A stretch of DNA of 63,962 nucleotides, the filler included, from Lenisia limosa (taxonomy: Eukaryota > Protista > Breviatea): NCBI GenBank assembly GCA_001655205.1. It is 9 parts of 9 records of this genome, joined end to end, with 100 filler letters (N's around TTAATTAATTAA, not from the genome) between each part and the next. Parts side by side here need not be neighbours in the genome. Positions count along the whole stretch, not along the records: positions 1 to 19,722 come from LPNZ01008797.1; positions 19,823 to 23,301 come from LPNZ01007765.1; positions 23,402 to 25,678 come from LPNZ01007925.1; positions 25,779 to 41,234 come from LPNZ01008948.1; 5 more parts are not named here. One strand, given 5' to 3'. Within the stretch, counting starts at the first letter, position 1. Every line of letters starts with the position of its first letter. A model generated the notes under the pieces. The model made no database searches and was not told where the DNA came from. It saw only the letters and a program-made list of their open reading frames with translations. Of the stretch, positions 13,636-26,409 are shown one piece after another. The position numbers and the translations under genes are program-made.

Positions 13636-16600
13636 ATGAAAGCACAACTCAGGGCTTTATTCCAGGAGACACTCTCTACAGATGTGGCAGCAATGCAGAA
13701 AGGTATTCAACAATTATCCATTTTTCGTTTTGCTCACACTTCTTCAGCTGGACTTCAGATTATTGAAGCACAAAAGCAACCTGGCTATCTCTTAGCTTCA
13801 TTCGATATTCTAGCCCAAGAGACAGATCCAACTGTTGCACTCGTTGCAGCTACGCAGGTCAAGCTCTTCGTCAAGCACCATTGGAATGCTGAAGTTGGAA
13901 AAACATTTAAATAGGCCCTAACTACTTTCAGCTCGACGACAAACCGGAAATCGTTATTGCCCAACAAGAGCGTCATCAACTAATCAGCAACATTCTCAAA
14001 GTGATGAGTACTGCAACTCAATTGTGGGTTCAAATATTTAAAACATTGATATCTCTGAAAACTGCAGAGTATTTTGAACTTCCTTGAAATCAATCCCATT
14101 GTTTTGTACTCCTAACTGTTTTATGAAATCATCTGTCAGTATTCACCATTCCAGGGTTCAGTCACAGCTGATGACCACTGTTGAACTCATGGCCTCAACG
14201 TCGTATCCGCTTGAGTGGCCCAACCTTGTCAAGGTGTGTATCCATACTTCATTCTCTCTTGCCTTCCAACCGTTCCCACCACTTCAACGGTTAACCCTCT
14301 CGACATTCGATTATCTTATCCCACCCAAGGAACTTGGTACGTTGGCATCTATCCAAAGCCCTGCTGCGATGTACTGCGGAATCGAAACCGCTCACANNNN
14401 NNNNNNNNNNNNNNNNNNNNNNNNNNNNNNNNNNNNNNNNNNNNNNNNNNNNNNNNNNNNNNNNNNNNNNNNNNNNNNNNNNNNNNNNNNNNNNNNNGTA
14501 TTGATAGTATAAGGTTTTTGGCCAGACCCAATGAAAAAAGTGAGATTAAAAGTGTGATTTTATGCCTCAGACCCCATGAGGATATATATAATATATGTGT
14601 GTATATCTGTATACATACATATGTATTATATCATATTCAATGTATATATAGATATTTATTTTCAACAACTATCCTATAAACATCTTTGTATTTCCATGCA
14701 ATCTTTTAAAAAATAGGTATTGGAACTCCTTTCTTTGTGTTTTCGATAATTATCCATAGTCAATTGGAAATCAATATTATCAAGCATTTCTAAAAGTTTA
14801 CAAACTTTAAACGGTGAACACTCCTTTACACAGCGTCTTTTCTTGGCCCAATTCTGGGGGGGGGGGGGGNNNNNNNNNNNNNNNNNNNNNNNNNNNNNNN
14901 NNNNNNNNNNNNNNNNNNNNNNNNNNNNNNNNNNNNNNNNNNNNNNNNNNNNNNNNNNNNNNNNNNNNNNNNNNNNNNNNNAGGCTACACCGGCAGTTGA
15001 GGCCGAGTTTGGTGTGGTACTGACTCACCTTCAGGAGTGCCATCTTAATGTGATGAAAGTGGGGGGAGGGAGATACTTATTGCTATGTATTGTGATATAT
15101 AGTATACGACTTTCTATCAATTTCATTAAATATACATATTTGATGGTATTCACAGATTCGACCAGATACAATACTTTATTCTGTACCTCCTGGTTTCATT
15201 TTTTTTAAGAATAAGTACTCATAGCGCAGACTGCCCGTAGTCTCCCTGGTAATGATGGAGTTGAACTGGCCAAGTCTTGCGCAGAGCTTTTCCTGGACTT
15301 TAATGCAATGACTATTCCTGAATTTTACGAAGGTGTGTCGCATTATTCGCGTTATCACCATTGTGAAAGTAAAAAAGATACAACCCAAAACATTACCTTT
15401 ACCCATAGTGTTCTTTATGTTCCCATGATCACGGAGCTATCACGTAAATTTATTTGAGTACACTCTTACCTCACCTCTCAGATCACCTCAACGAGTGGAT
15501 GGAGCTCTTTACGTACTATTTCACCAATGTACAGGCTGATATGGTTGGTAGATTTGCCTCCTCATTGTCACTCAGTTTTTCCAACTTTTCTCAAAATGAA
15601 AATCCTATCTTCCCTCATTTTTTAGATTCCTCTGACCAACCTCCGAGCTATCATTTGTGACTGTTTGAACCACTATGTCAATCACTACTTTGAGGAGTTC
15701 AAGCCCTTCTTTTCCATTTTCGTTACTCAAATCTGGACTCTTCTCATCTCCGTTCCTTCTGAAAGCGAGTATAACGCTGTAAGCTATTTTGGAACCGATG
15801 CCTTCCTCCAAATGAGTATCTCGTCAAATAGTTCCAACCAGCCTTTCACACTGCAGTTTGCCGTTTCCGCACTGAAGTTCCTATCATCAGTTGCCGACTG
15901 TGAAAGAAGTGACCTTTTCGAATCTGAAGATACGCTGACTAGCCTCGTCGAAAAGGCGGTTCTCAACAACATCCAACTCTCCGAGGTTTGGGGGGGGGGG
16001 GNNNNNNNNNNNNNNNNNNNNNNNNNNNNNNNNNNNNNNNNNNNNNNNNNNNNNNNNNNNNNNNNNNNNNNNNNTAATATTATAACTCATTCTTGTTTAG
16101 GAAGACATGGAGATCTTTGAGGATGAACCCACAACCTATTTCAGAAATGACATTGAATCAGGAGATGGTGAATCAAGGTACGGGATTCCAGGATAGTTTC
16201 AACACCTCGCGGATATGTTTATTAACATATTGTATTCTCATCACTTCAGACGTGATGCTGCTTGCAAGCTTCTTCATGCCCTGAACCTTAAGTTTGGAGC
16301 TCGTCTCAGTAATATTGCCCTCAAGTTCATCGTGCAGCTGCTTCAGGTTCGTCAACAAAACCCATCCCCCTCCCACAACAGTCAACAGCCTTGATAGTGT
16401 CTTACTCCTTCAGAACTACGCTAGTGACCCGGCTGCAAACTATAAGTCCAAATTTGTCGCAGTGTCTATGATGATGGCCATCGGTGCCAAGACCAAAACT
16501 CCTGCTAAGGGTTGGCCGCATTCCCTCTNNNNNNNNNNNNNNNNNNNNNNNNNNNNNNNNNNNNNNNNNNNNNNNNNNNNNNNNNNNNNNNNNNNNNNNN

Positions 16601-19600
16601 NNNNNNNNNNNNNNNNNNNNNNNNNNNNNNNNNNNNNNNNNNNNNNNNNNNNNNNNNNNNNNNNNNNNNNNNNNNNNNNNNNNNNNNNNNNNNNNNNNNN
16701 NNNNNNTATTGTAGGAGCGGTTCTTCTTTTTGAGGGTGTTGACATTCCCCAATTCTTTGCTCAAGCCATCATTCCCGACCTTAAGGTGGGTGTCTTTCGG
16801 CCCAAGAGTTATATTCATTATTATCGCTGTTTTTCGTCTCATTTCCTCAGAACTCTGCTAACTGCCACCCCGTCCTTCTAACCGTTTACATCAAATACGT
16901 AGTGCTCTTCCGCCCCTATGTTTGAGGGGGTTTGAACAGGGCCAAGGCAAGACTTCCAGTGGTCTTTCATGTGGTGAAGTGCATTTTACGCCTATAGATC
17001 AGCAAATCCGATCTCATGGCAGTCCTGGCTCTCCTTGTCTCCCTTCTGAAGTCCCCTAATGTTGCGCTTCACACCTATGCGGCATACTGCTTTGACATTC
17101 TTCTCAAAATGACTGGTGACAACAAGGCTCCCACTTTCACTCTTGCCGTGGGTTCGGTTTCATACGGTCCTTGATATTTTTCATAAGGGCTTCCCTACGA
17201 CTGATAAGATGAAACAATGAATGTGTGCTCCAACTTCCCTTCTTACACATCAGGATATCTCTCCCCTGGCTGGAGAGGCCATGACCAACGTCACTGAAGC
17301 CATTGAGTCAACTATCACTACCGAGAATCCTCATCTTGCTGCTGGTTAGAGGCGTTATGTCTTTTTTTTTTTATTTTAACCTTTATATAAGATTTCACCT
17401 CTTAGAAGTGAAATCCGTTTTAGTTTTGTAACCTGATAAAAGGCCACAAATTTTCGTTTACCCCCCCTCCCCAGCTCTCCTTCGTTTGACAGCGATTGCC
17501 GGCTCCAGTGCTGCCGAATTTGCCAGCCATCTCATCGCCAAGTTCTCTAAGTTCCTGGAAACCTCCATAAAGAATCCCCTCAACGCCCACTTCAGACATA
17601 ACCTCTTTGAAACGTTGGCTCCTTGTTTTCTTTTCAACCAATGTGATCATTTTCACCATGATAATCATTATTTTCCTAATTGCTTCAACCAATCTGTGCT
17701 TGTTTTAAATGTCCCTCACTGTACAGTATTGCCTGCTTGGTTTCAAACGTGTGCAAGTCTAACCCTGCTGCTGTGGCCAACTTTGAGGCTCTTCTCTTCC
17801 CCCCACTCAAAGCCATTTTGGGCATGGATTTACCAGGTGTGTGATGTGATAGACCCATGTTTCAGCCAGGGTGTGTGTTTGTTTCATAATGCCCATTTTA
17901 CCATATAGACTTCATCCCCTACGTTCTTCAAATTCTGTCGCTACTGTTGAACCTCCGCCAAGGCCCCATCACCCCTGAGTACTCCCAGCTCCTACCCCCT
18001 CTTCTCAACAAGTGGGCTGCACTCTTCGTTATATCGCTCTAAATAAGCTGTAACATCTATAGGGAGTTCTGGCAACCCCCCGGTAACGCAGCGGGTCTGT
18101 ACCGATTCATCAGAAGCGCTTTGGCCAAGGACGCCGCCAACGTAAGAGGGCTTTTNNNNNNNNNNNNNNNNNNNNNNNNNNNNNNNNNNNNNNNNNNNNN
18201 NNNNNNNNNNNNNNNNNNNNNNNNNNNNNNNNNNNNNNNNNNNNNNNNNNNNNNNNNNNNNNNNNNNNNNNNNNNNNNNNNNNNNNNNNNNNNNNNNNNN
18301 NNNNNNNNNNNNNNNNNNNNNNNNNNNNNNNNNNNNNNNNNNNNTCTTCCTTTCTCTTATTTTGGTTCACAAAAACACGCAAACTGGCTTCAATCTCCTT
18401 GGTGCTTGCGTGGAGTTTTGCCCACTGTATGCAGGGTCTTCTTCTTCTTTCCCCTCCTCCGCCTCCTCTTTTCTTCTTGTTGTAACTCACTCGCGTAGCC
18501 CCCAAATCCAAGCCCTGCTTACCCAAGATATGCACTACATATTCAGTCGCTTTTCTCAGATCAAAAGCAAGAAGGTAGGACAAAGGACAATTGATTATTA
18601 TATTCTTGATAGGAAGATACAACTCCATTATTTTTTATTATTTTTTTTTTTTCCCTTACTTTTTATAATTATTTCTACAAAATGAGTTTTCATTTACATC
18701 CACCAGATTTTCTTCGGTCTTCAAATCATCACGTTTGTCGCACGTTTCATTTCAACATACGGTCCTGAGGCTATCGTCCAACTCATGGACTCTGTCAAGC
18801 CTGGGTTGGGGGGATCATATAATGAATGCTTCGTTTAGTGCAATACCAAGAGAACAATATAACTATTTAATGTGTAAATCACCCCCCCCCCCNNNNNNNN
18901 NNNNNNNNNNNNNNNNNNNNNNNNNNNNNNNNNNNNNNNNNNNNNNNNNNNNNNNNNNNNNNNNNNNNNNNNNNNNNNNNNNNNNNNNNNNNNNNNNNNN
19001 CACGGCTGAACTCAATCACTGGGCCTGATGCTCGAACCTGTGTTGTTGGATTCGGCAGGTGGCTTACTTCTCCCCTCTCAGCCTCCCCAGCCTATTCAAA
19101 TGCCTGGTGAGTTCCATTCTTAAAACTGCGAGTGACATTGCTTTAGGATGCCTATTATGTCAGGCCTTGTTAAGATGCTTGGTGACGCCAACACTTATGC
19201 TGCAGTTAAAGACGGAGCTGGTGAGGAGTAGTGTCAGCCTCTTTCGTGCGGTATTTACGAATTGTTCTTCATTTGACCCATTTCAGTGGGCACTTCAATG
19301 GACTTTTCAGCTGCTTTCGAGCCCCTTTCGTTTGCTGAGCCANNNNNNNNNNNNNNNNNNNNNNNNNNNNNNNNNNNNNNNNNNNNNNNNNNNNNNNNNN
19401 NNNNNNNNNNNNNNNNNNNNNNNNNNNNNNNNNNNNNNNNNNNNNNNNNNNNNNNNNNNNNNNNNNNNNNNNNNNNNNNNNNNNNNNNNNNNNNNNNNNN
19501 NNNNNNNNNNNNNNTGTGATTCTTCGTTGGGTTAGTGTTTTGGGATTCCTGACATACCAGGTCAATAAGGGCGATATACAAGGAGGTAACCTGAACCCTC

Positions 19601-19722
19601 TTCTCAAGGAGGCTGTCACCTTCGCTGCTAAGAATCTTAACATCACCGCTGAAATGGTGGGCGGGGGGTGAGACTTTGCCTTTTCTAGCTTTGGACATAT
19701 TCCCATTTACCCCCCAGGTTTT
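13636..19722 (+). CDS. CSE1L: Exportin-2 / CSE1 / CAS, multi-exon, 3'-truncated at scaffold end
   Basis: Importin-beta N-terminus (VAATQVKLFVKHHW; VQSQLMTTVELMASTSYPLEWPNL), followed by PEFYE|DHLNEWMELF, YFEEFKPFFSIFVTQIWTLL, ALKFLSSVADCERSDLFESEDTLTSLVEKAVLNN, EIFEDEPTTYFRNDIES..RRDAACKLL, LQNYASDPAANYKSK and VDIPQFFAQAIIPDLK. All are collinear with recalled CSE1 motifs. Confidence 0.95.
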
Positions 19723-19822
19723 NNNNNNNNNNNNNNNNNNNNNNNNNNNNNNNNNNNNNNNNNNNNTTAATTAATTAANNNNNNNNNNNNNNNNNNNNNN
19801 NNNNNNNNNNNNNNNNNNNNNN
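19723..19822. other. Artificial scaffold-joining linker (44 N + TTAATTAATTAA + 44 N). Identical linkers at 23302-23401, 25679-25778, 41235-41334, 46823-46922, 49655-49754, 55499-55598, 62201-62300
   Basis: Eight identical 100-bp units; the 12-mer places stop codons in all six frames; genes are cut off at these points. Confidence 0.97.
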
Positions 19823-22800
19823 AGCTTCAGTCAGCTTTTCAAAGACGGCCGGGGTGCCTTGGTGGGGTTGGAGGAAGTCGGTGATCTGTGGAACAAAGTG
19901 AGTCTGGAAGACTTTTAAACAAGACAAAAAAAGGAAAGAAGTGATCTTTTTTTTTTTATTGTTTTAAAAAAAGTGTAAGGAATCAGTTGATCTGTGGAAA
20001 AAAGTTTCAGGAAGGGAGTGGAAAAGGATAACATGCTATTAACTTCTCGATTTCCATGATCAACATTTTCGTCATGACCAGATCTTTAACACAATAGTAT
20101 CGGATGAATACCCATAAGCCTAGAAAAAGGATGGACAGACGGAACATATTATGGTACTGCAAGAATTGACACTGAGGATATTCAAGTTCAACCACCCCAC
20201 CAACTATGACAAACAAGTGTCAAACAAAGAAGAAGCAAAATGGGATTATGAAGTGGACAAATAAGGAAGGAAGTTGGTTATCAATGCAAAAAAAAGTGTC
20301 AGGAGGGAAGTTGTTCTTTTTTTAAACAATACAAGTATGGAAGTACGTAAGTGGAAACATACTAGAACTTCACTTTCCGTTCCAATAAAGACTGAACTCA
20401 GAATAAATCCTCCAAAAATAAAAACCGAAAGTGAAGCCTAGCATTCACCATCGTCATCATCATTATCATCACCATCAAGAGAGGAAGTACCATGATGATC
20501 CCTATAGTCCCACCAGAGCGTGATAATCTTGCTGAAGGGGGTGGATGAGAGAGAAAAGAGCCACCGCGGCCGGCTCTATGAGATCCTCGGTTAGCGGTCG
20601 GAGCAGGACCATGTTCAGGACCTCTCCCAGGAAGTGCTGGAGTGGGAGGAGGCGAGTAAAAAGTGTGATTATTTTGAATGCAGATTAAAATGGAAAATAT
20701 GAAACAAAAAAAGAAGCCCAAAATAAATTAATTTGAAACAAAAAAAATAAAACCCAAGAATCACTGTTGGCTGACACCTCGCTCCAGAATACGGCAAAAT
20801 TTCCCGATAAATCATAGATTTAGAGTAACTGGGATAAGTCTTCATCGATTTTCCTTGATACATCGCAAAGCAAATCAGTCCAGACTTATCCTGGCCACTG
20901 TATATCACCCAAAAACAAATAAAGAAAGAAATAGTGCACCCACTTTTAATGCAGCTAAAAGAAGGGGTGCTTCTTGCTTGCACTGTCGTGTGAAGTACCT
21001 ACGATATGAAACACTAATCAAAGTAGCGCTTCACGTTTGGCCCACCGAAATAAACTGTTTGTATCTGGCATCAACAGCTTTCTGCGTGCCTCCCCAGCAT
21101 ATGGAGAATAGTAAAATATATAGATAATTTATTGTAAAATATTAAAGCGTGATGGTGTGGACGGCTTCAGCCAGATACACCCTTATTTCTCATCTCTAAT
21201 CATAATTCATTCACCCCCCCCCCCNNNNNNNNNNNNNNNNNNNNNNNNNNNNNNNNNNNNNNNNNNNNNNNNNNNNNNNNNNNNNNNNNNNNNNNNNNNN
21301 NNNNNNNNNNNNNNNNNNNNTTCACAGAAGTTGCGTACTGGTTTGGTCAGATAATGGGGTAGGGGTAATGATTCACTTCGTTTCGAAAAAAGACTGAATT
21401 TCTCGATAAATCCTCAAAAACTAGATTTATTTCCATCCGACGTGAAACCCTAGATGGAAGGAAGTAAAACGAAGGAAATTTCGATGAAGAATATTGCCGT
21501 AAAGGTATTAATCACGAACCGAATAATCTGAAACTCCAAACAAACTAACAATAAAATAAGCAATAACAAACACGAAGCACATGCTAAACCACAAAAATCA
21601 GATGGGTGGGAGGGGGAGTAAAAGAGGAAAATTTATAAAACAAAAAAAAAATAACACAAATCAACTCTGTTGGCTGAAAACACACGAGGTTTGATAGCAA
21701 CANNNNNNNNNNNNNNNNNNNNNNNNNNNNNNNNNNNNNNNNNNNNNNNNNNNNNNNNNNNNNNNNGGGGGATTTTGGATAGAGATTAGATGAGTTTGGT
21801 AGACATTGGTGAAATGTCACCAGTAAGACTTCACTACGGTTCCGAAAATACTGGTTAAATATCGATAGTTTTCGAGGATTTATCGAAATATTTAGTATTT
21901 TTCGAATCGAAGTGAAGCCCAAGTCACCAGCTCCAAAAATAATCCTCCCACGGGCTTGGCAGAGAATGTCCGTTAAAATACCCAAGAGTTCCGGCTGCAT
22001 CTCCACCATTCTAGTGAAATAAAAATACGGTACCATTCCTAAGGAATAAATTATACCGTAACATTCTTGAGAAAAATAAATAATAAAAGGTACCATTCTA
22101 GCGAAATAATAATTATACTGTATTCTTATTATGATGGGGAGGCACGCAGAAAGTTGTGTACACGCAGTTTTAAGGCAAATGATTGGGTGAATTAATACTA
22201 AGCTTTAATCCATCATCACACCGTGTATATGTTAAACAGGCCGGGATGTCTTGAGCGTTTTCCTTGAGAAATCACAGAGCAAATCGGTCAAGACTTATCC
22301 CGGCCACTGTATACTACATGAAATTTGCTTTCACCTGCTTTATTATTATTTTTTTGTTCAAATAAATTTTTAGTCACAAAAGCGGTCACTTACTGTGCAG
22401 GGTAGATTTCGGCGACAAAGGACACGAGTCCGAAGAAGGTTCCTGCTAACGCGGGGTATTCGAGAATGTCACTGGAAACTAGGGGGGGGGGGNNNNNNNN
22501 NNNNNNNNNNNNNNNNNNNNNNNNNNNNNNNNNNNNNNNNNNNNNNNNNNNNNNNNNNNNNNNNNNNNNNNNNNNNNNNNNNNNNNNNNNNNNNNNNNNN
22601 NNNNNNNNNNNNNNNNNNNNNNNNNNNNNNNNNNNNNNNNNNNNNNNNNNNNNNNNNNNNNNNNNNNNNNNNNNNCACAGGAGGGGGAAATGGAAATTTA
22701 GGATACCCTCAAAAAAATAACACAAAAAGAGCAAAAAAAAAAAAGATAAAAAGAGATACAAAGACAAAGAAAAAACAAAAAACAAAACAACAAACCCACC

Positions 22801-23301
22801 CAGGGGGAACACAAGGTTGAGACCGAAGAAGACCACTTCAGCAATTGTGTCTGCTGTTCCATCTTTCTTCACAAATATCTGGGGTGTGGTAAGAGGGTTA
22901 TGAGAGAAACACGGGGTAATTTGCTTTATGGGATACCTATGTAAACAAAGAAAGGCGTGGCGTTTCATATAGCCACACCGTATTGAAATCCCTATGCAAT
23001 ATTTTGTTTCCTTTGATTTCTAATGTACAGTGGCCGGGATGTCGATATTCTTTGGGAAACTAGAGCAAATCGGTCAAGACTTCTCCCGGTTACGTCACCA
23101 TGATATTATTTCTCGTTTTCTTTTTTTAAAAAAAAACAAAAACAAAAAAACATTAAAAACAACAACAACAAAAACAAAAAAACATTAAAAACAACAACAA
23201 CAAAAACAAACCAAAAAAGACGGCTCGTTCACTGACCTCATTATCGCCGAAATCTAAGAAGTCTCGCGAGACAATGCATTGGAGCATCGAAAGAATTGCC
23301 A
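19823..23301 (-). CDS. XPO4: Exportin-4 (C-terminal fragment), multi-exon, truncated at both scaffold ends
   Basis: Exons read AILSMLQCIVSRDFLDFGDNE; TIAEVVFFGLN; SSDILEYPALAGTFFGLVSFVAEIYPAQ|MVEMQPELL; HFLGEVLNMVLLRPLTEDLIEPAAVALFSLIHPLQQDYHAL|ITDFLQPHQGTPAVFEKLTEA. These are collinear with recalled XPO4 (LSKEFIDFSD; DVVLYGVNL..MSQDLLKFPTLCNQYYKLITFICEIFPE; HFLKLVFDML...AGEAFYTLVCLHQAEY). Confidence 0.88.
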
Positions 23302-23401
23302 NNNNNNNNNNNNNNNNNNNNNNNNNNNNNNNNNNNNNNNNNNNNTTAATTAATTAANNNNNNNNNNNNNNNNNNNNNNNNNNNNNNNNNNNNNNNNNNN
23401 N

Positions 23402-25678
23402 ATCCCATCACTCCAGCGTAGGGGGGAGGTGAAGATGATGGAGGTAAGGACGAAAAAGTAGGATAGAAAAACTCCTCATAATCAACTGTTTTAGTATAAA
23501 AACACAGGAGGGTTGAAAACAACAACAAAAAACAAAACACAAAAAAAAAACAGGCTAGTCGCTTCCGAAAACAACACTGACGACTCCGGGAGGGGNNNNN
23601 NNNNNNNNNNNNNNNNNNNNNNNNNNNNNNNNNNNNNNNNNNNNNNNNNNNNNNNNNNNNNNNNNNNNNNNNNNNNNNNNNNNNNNNNNNNNNNNNNNNN
23701 NNNNNNNNNNNNNNNNNNNNNNNAGGTGACTTCGGAGTTTTCGGTTTCTTCGGTCGGGATTCGGTAAAATGGCGATCGTTTGTGATCTGAGATCGCGTGC
23801 GTGGACGTGGCTTGACGGCAACAGCCCGGCGCGGCTTACCAAGCGGAATCGTCGGAAGCTTCTTCTTCTTCGGCCTTTCCTTGGTGACCAGGGGCGATAA
23901 GGGCTCGGGGAACGGTTTGAGTGACGGAGTGATGGGGCGCGACGGCGGGGGAGAACTGGACCGAAGTTTCGACACAGTTTTTCGTGGGGGTGAAAAAGAT
24001 GTCAGCGGCTTCAGCATCCGTAATTTGGTGGCGAGATTGGGCGGTGGCGGGTCAACATGGGGGATCCTTCGGACGAATAGCATTTCAAGACAAGGAATGT
24101 GATGGTGGATTTCAGGCACCGTGAGAACCTCAGAAACCGCTTCAATTGGTCGGACCACTTTCGGTGCTAGTACGTCAAGGAGGCTCAAGTCCATCTGCCT
24201 GTCACGTGACAGCGGCTGCGCCGGCGGCGGTCGTATCTTGCATGGGCGCTCCTGTAGTTTTGGGGTAATTGTGAACAGTGGTGGCCCCGGGGAGACTTCA
24301 GGGGACCGGAGCAATCGGGAACGAGGCTCGGCGGGTGGCTGGATGGTGAGGGTTTGGGAAATGTGGAAATAGGGTGTTTTAAAACACAGTGAAACACAAC
24401 CAAACTTAATGTATATTGCATCATTTATCATATGATAATATGTATTCAGGTCATTTTATTCGCATATTATTTATTCAGAATTATCTTTTCGCGCATGAAG
24501 TATCTGGCCGAAGCCGTCCACACAACAAGTGTGATATATCACGCTTCTCAGAGAATTGGATAATAGAATATGATGTATATAGTCATTCACTCAATCTTTT
24601 GCTTTACAACTCGTTACACACACTGCTTGACCCCCAACGGAGGCATAGTAATTTGTTTATGGTATCCCTATGTATTTATTTGTTTCCCTAGATTTCTCAT
24701 GTATCATATATTCTTTCTCTTGTTAAAAAACAAACCATTATGATTAGAAACAACAAAAACAGTCCACCTACTGGAGAATTGGAGTGTGAAGGAGGCGGAG
24801 GTGGTGCACTGGGCAAGTTACCAATGGCGTAGTGAGAAGGCGAATAGGCTGCCCGAATGTGATCGTCTTTTGAGTCGGGCGGCGAGGCTGGAAAATGAGA
24901 TGGGGTGACTTTTCTGCTTGGAGAGTGGCTGAATATGGGGGGGGGGGGNNNNNNNNNNNNNNNNNNNNNNNNNNNNNNNNNNNNNNNNNNNNNNNNNNNN
25001 NNNNNNNNNNNNNNNNNNNNNNNNNNNNNNNNNNNNNNNNNNNNNNTCACCCAATCATTTGTCTTACAACTCCTATACACAGCTTTCTTTCTGCCAAAAA
25101 GGCTACATTGTCTCATTGAGGGGTGGCTGGAGTCTTTGACCCCCTCGCCCTCCACCAAAAAACCCCACCCTAACGATGAGTCAGGATAACAATACCTTAG
25201 GTTATGGTATCCTACGGAGTCCTTATTTCTCATTGCTACATACAGTGACCGGGATAAGACTTGACCAATTTTACTTGGGAAATCACACAGCAAATCGGTC
25301 AAGACTTATCCCGGTCACTGTATAGCTATAGTGTATATATCTCATTTCTACATATCATCTACAGTGCCAGGATAAGTCTTGACCGATTTGCTATGTGATC
25401 AGGTCAAGACTTCCCGGTCACTGTATATCATATACTATGTATACTAGCCTCGGCAACCCTAGATATATTATATACTATGTGGAGCTTCACTTCGGTTCAA
25501 AAAAAGACTAAATTTCTCGATAAATCCTCGAAAACTATCGATATTTTACCGGTATTTTTCGAACCGAAATGAAGTCCTTATTATATAAGTACCACAACCC
25601 ACGTGGAAGGGGCTCGAACGGGAGCGCAGTGAAATCCAGCACGGGGGCGTCGGGAATTGGCTCGAAGGCCTGGAGTTG
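23402..25678 (-). CDS. Uncharacterised protein fragment with long Pro/Lys/Arg-rich exon
   Basis: Phase-compatible exons QLQAFEPIPDAPVLDFTALPFEPLPRG|YCYPDSSLGWGFLVEGEG..., plus a ~610-nt open exon (~24340-23724). No recognisable domain. Confidence 0.55.
25243..25320. mobile_element. MITE family B (~78 bp, Tc1/mariner-pogo type). Other copies: 20823-20900, 22237-22309, 23028-23093, 25362-25423, 39117-39148 (partial), 39433-39512, 39785-39860, 58686-58735, 61220-61297
   Basis: TA|CAGTGACCGGGATAAGACTTGACC...GGTCAAGACTTATCCCGGTCACTG|TA. TIRs are ~24 bp and a TA flank occurs on both sides in five complete copies. CAGT termini with TA duplication are the established Tc1/mariner-superfamily signature. 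Confidence 0.9.
25482..25577. mobile_element. MITE family A (~95 bp). Other copies: 21371-21424 (partial), 21827-21920, 32036-32096 (into gap), 33462-33556, 41534-41626, 43403-43480, 55767-55860, 56230-56273 and 56495-56545 (partial); variants at 57118-57210 and 58547-58633
   Basis: TIRs gggcttcacttcggttcgaaaaa / tttttcgaaccgaartgaagccc around a conserved spacer (gactgaatttctcgataaatcctcgaaaactatcgata). Flanked by TA/TTA in several copies. GGG termini with a TWA-like target suggest PIF/Harbinger (Tourist-like), which is an inference. Confidence 0.88.
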
Positions 25679-25891
25679 NNNNNNNNNNNNNNNNNNNNNN
25701 NNNNNNNNNNNNNNNNNNNNNNTTAATTAATTAANNNNNNNNNNNNNNNNNNNNNNNNNNNNNNNNNNNNNNNNNNNNGCACTCTTATTCTCATAATTAC
25801 AACTGTACCTTTTTATTGTGAGAATACATCAGGGTAATAATCATACTGGAAGAGAGGGGGTGGTAGGCCTATAGACAATTGTTTGTCCCTC

Positions 25892-26006
25892 TTACCATTA
25901 GTAATGACATCATCAACGAGTTTCCTCAAGTCGCCAAAGGACGCCTTGTTTCGAACTTGCATAAGTCGAGTCATCAGGACACTATGGAAACAGATTGCTT
26001 CAGCCT
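25892..26006 (-). CDS. Isolated exon of an unidentified gene at scaffold start
   Basis: caacag|AEAICFHSVLMTRLMQVRNKASFGDLRKLVDDVITN|gtaag: good splice signals and an open frame; no domain recognised. Confidence 0.4.
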
Positions 26007-26409
26007 GTTGGTCAGCTTATTGCTGTGAACACGGAATTTAGGTGGTATGCCAGAAGCTAGTCAAACGACAGGTACTCAAAGCAAATATTGTAATTTCTTT
26101 ATGGGGGGAGGACAAGAGCGGTACTCTTGATTTCCAGGAGGGAGGGCTGTGATTGCGTGTGTGATAAAGGGAGTTGATTTCAGAGAGAAGTCAAAAGCAA
26201 ACAGAACAGCAAAAGAGGAAATGAGTAGGTGAATGTTATGATACATACATGTACATGTACATACGTGTTTGACACTATATACATATGTATGTCTGTATAT
26301 AGTTTTGAGGAAAACACCAAAGAGCGGGAATAAAGCAAAAGGGGACGTGGGCTAAGTGCCTGATTTGTTTTTATATTTTCCTTTTACAGTTTCCCCTAAT
26401 TCCTTTCTA

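Noticed and set aside
13636-23301. Exportin-2 next to exportin-4 as a karyopherin gene cluster
   Set aside because: They are separated by an artificial linker (19723-19822), so the adjacency is not evidence of synteny.
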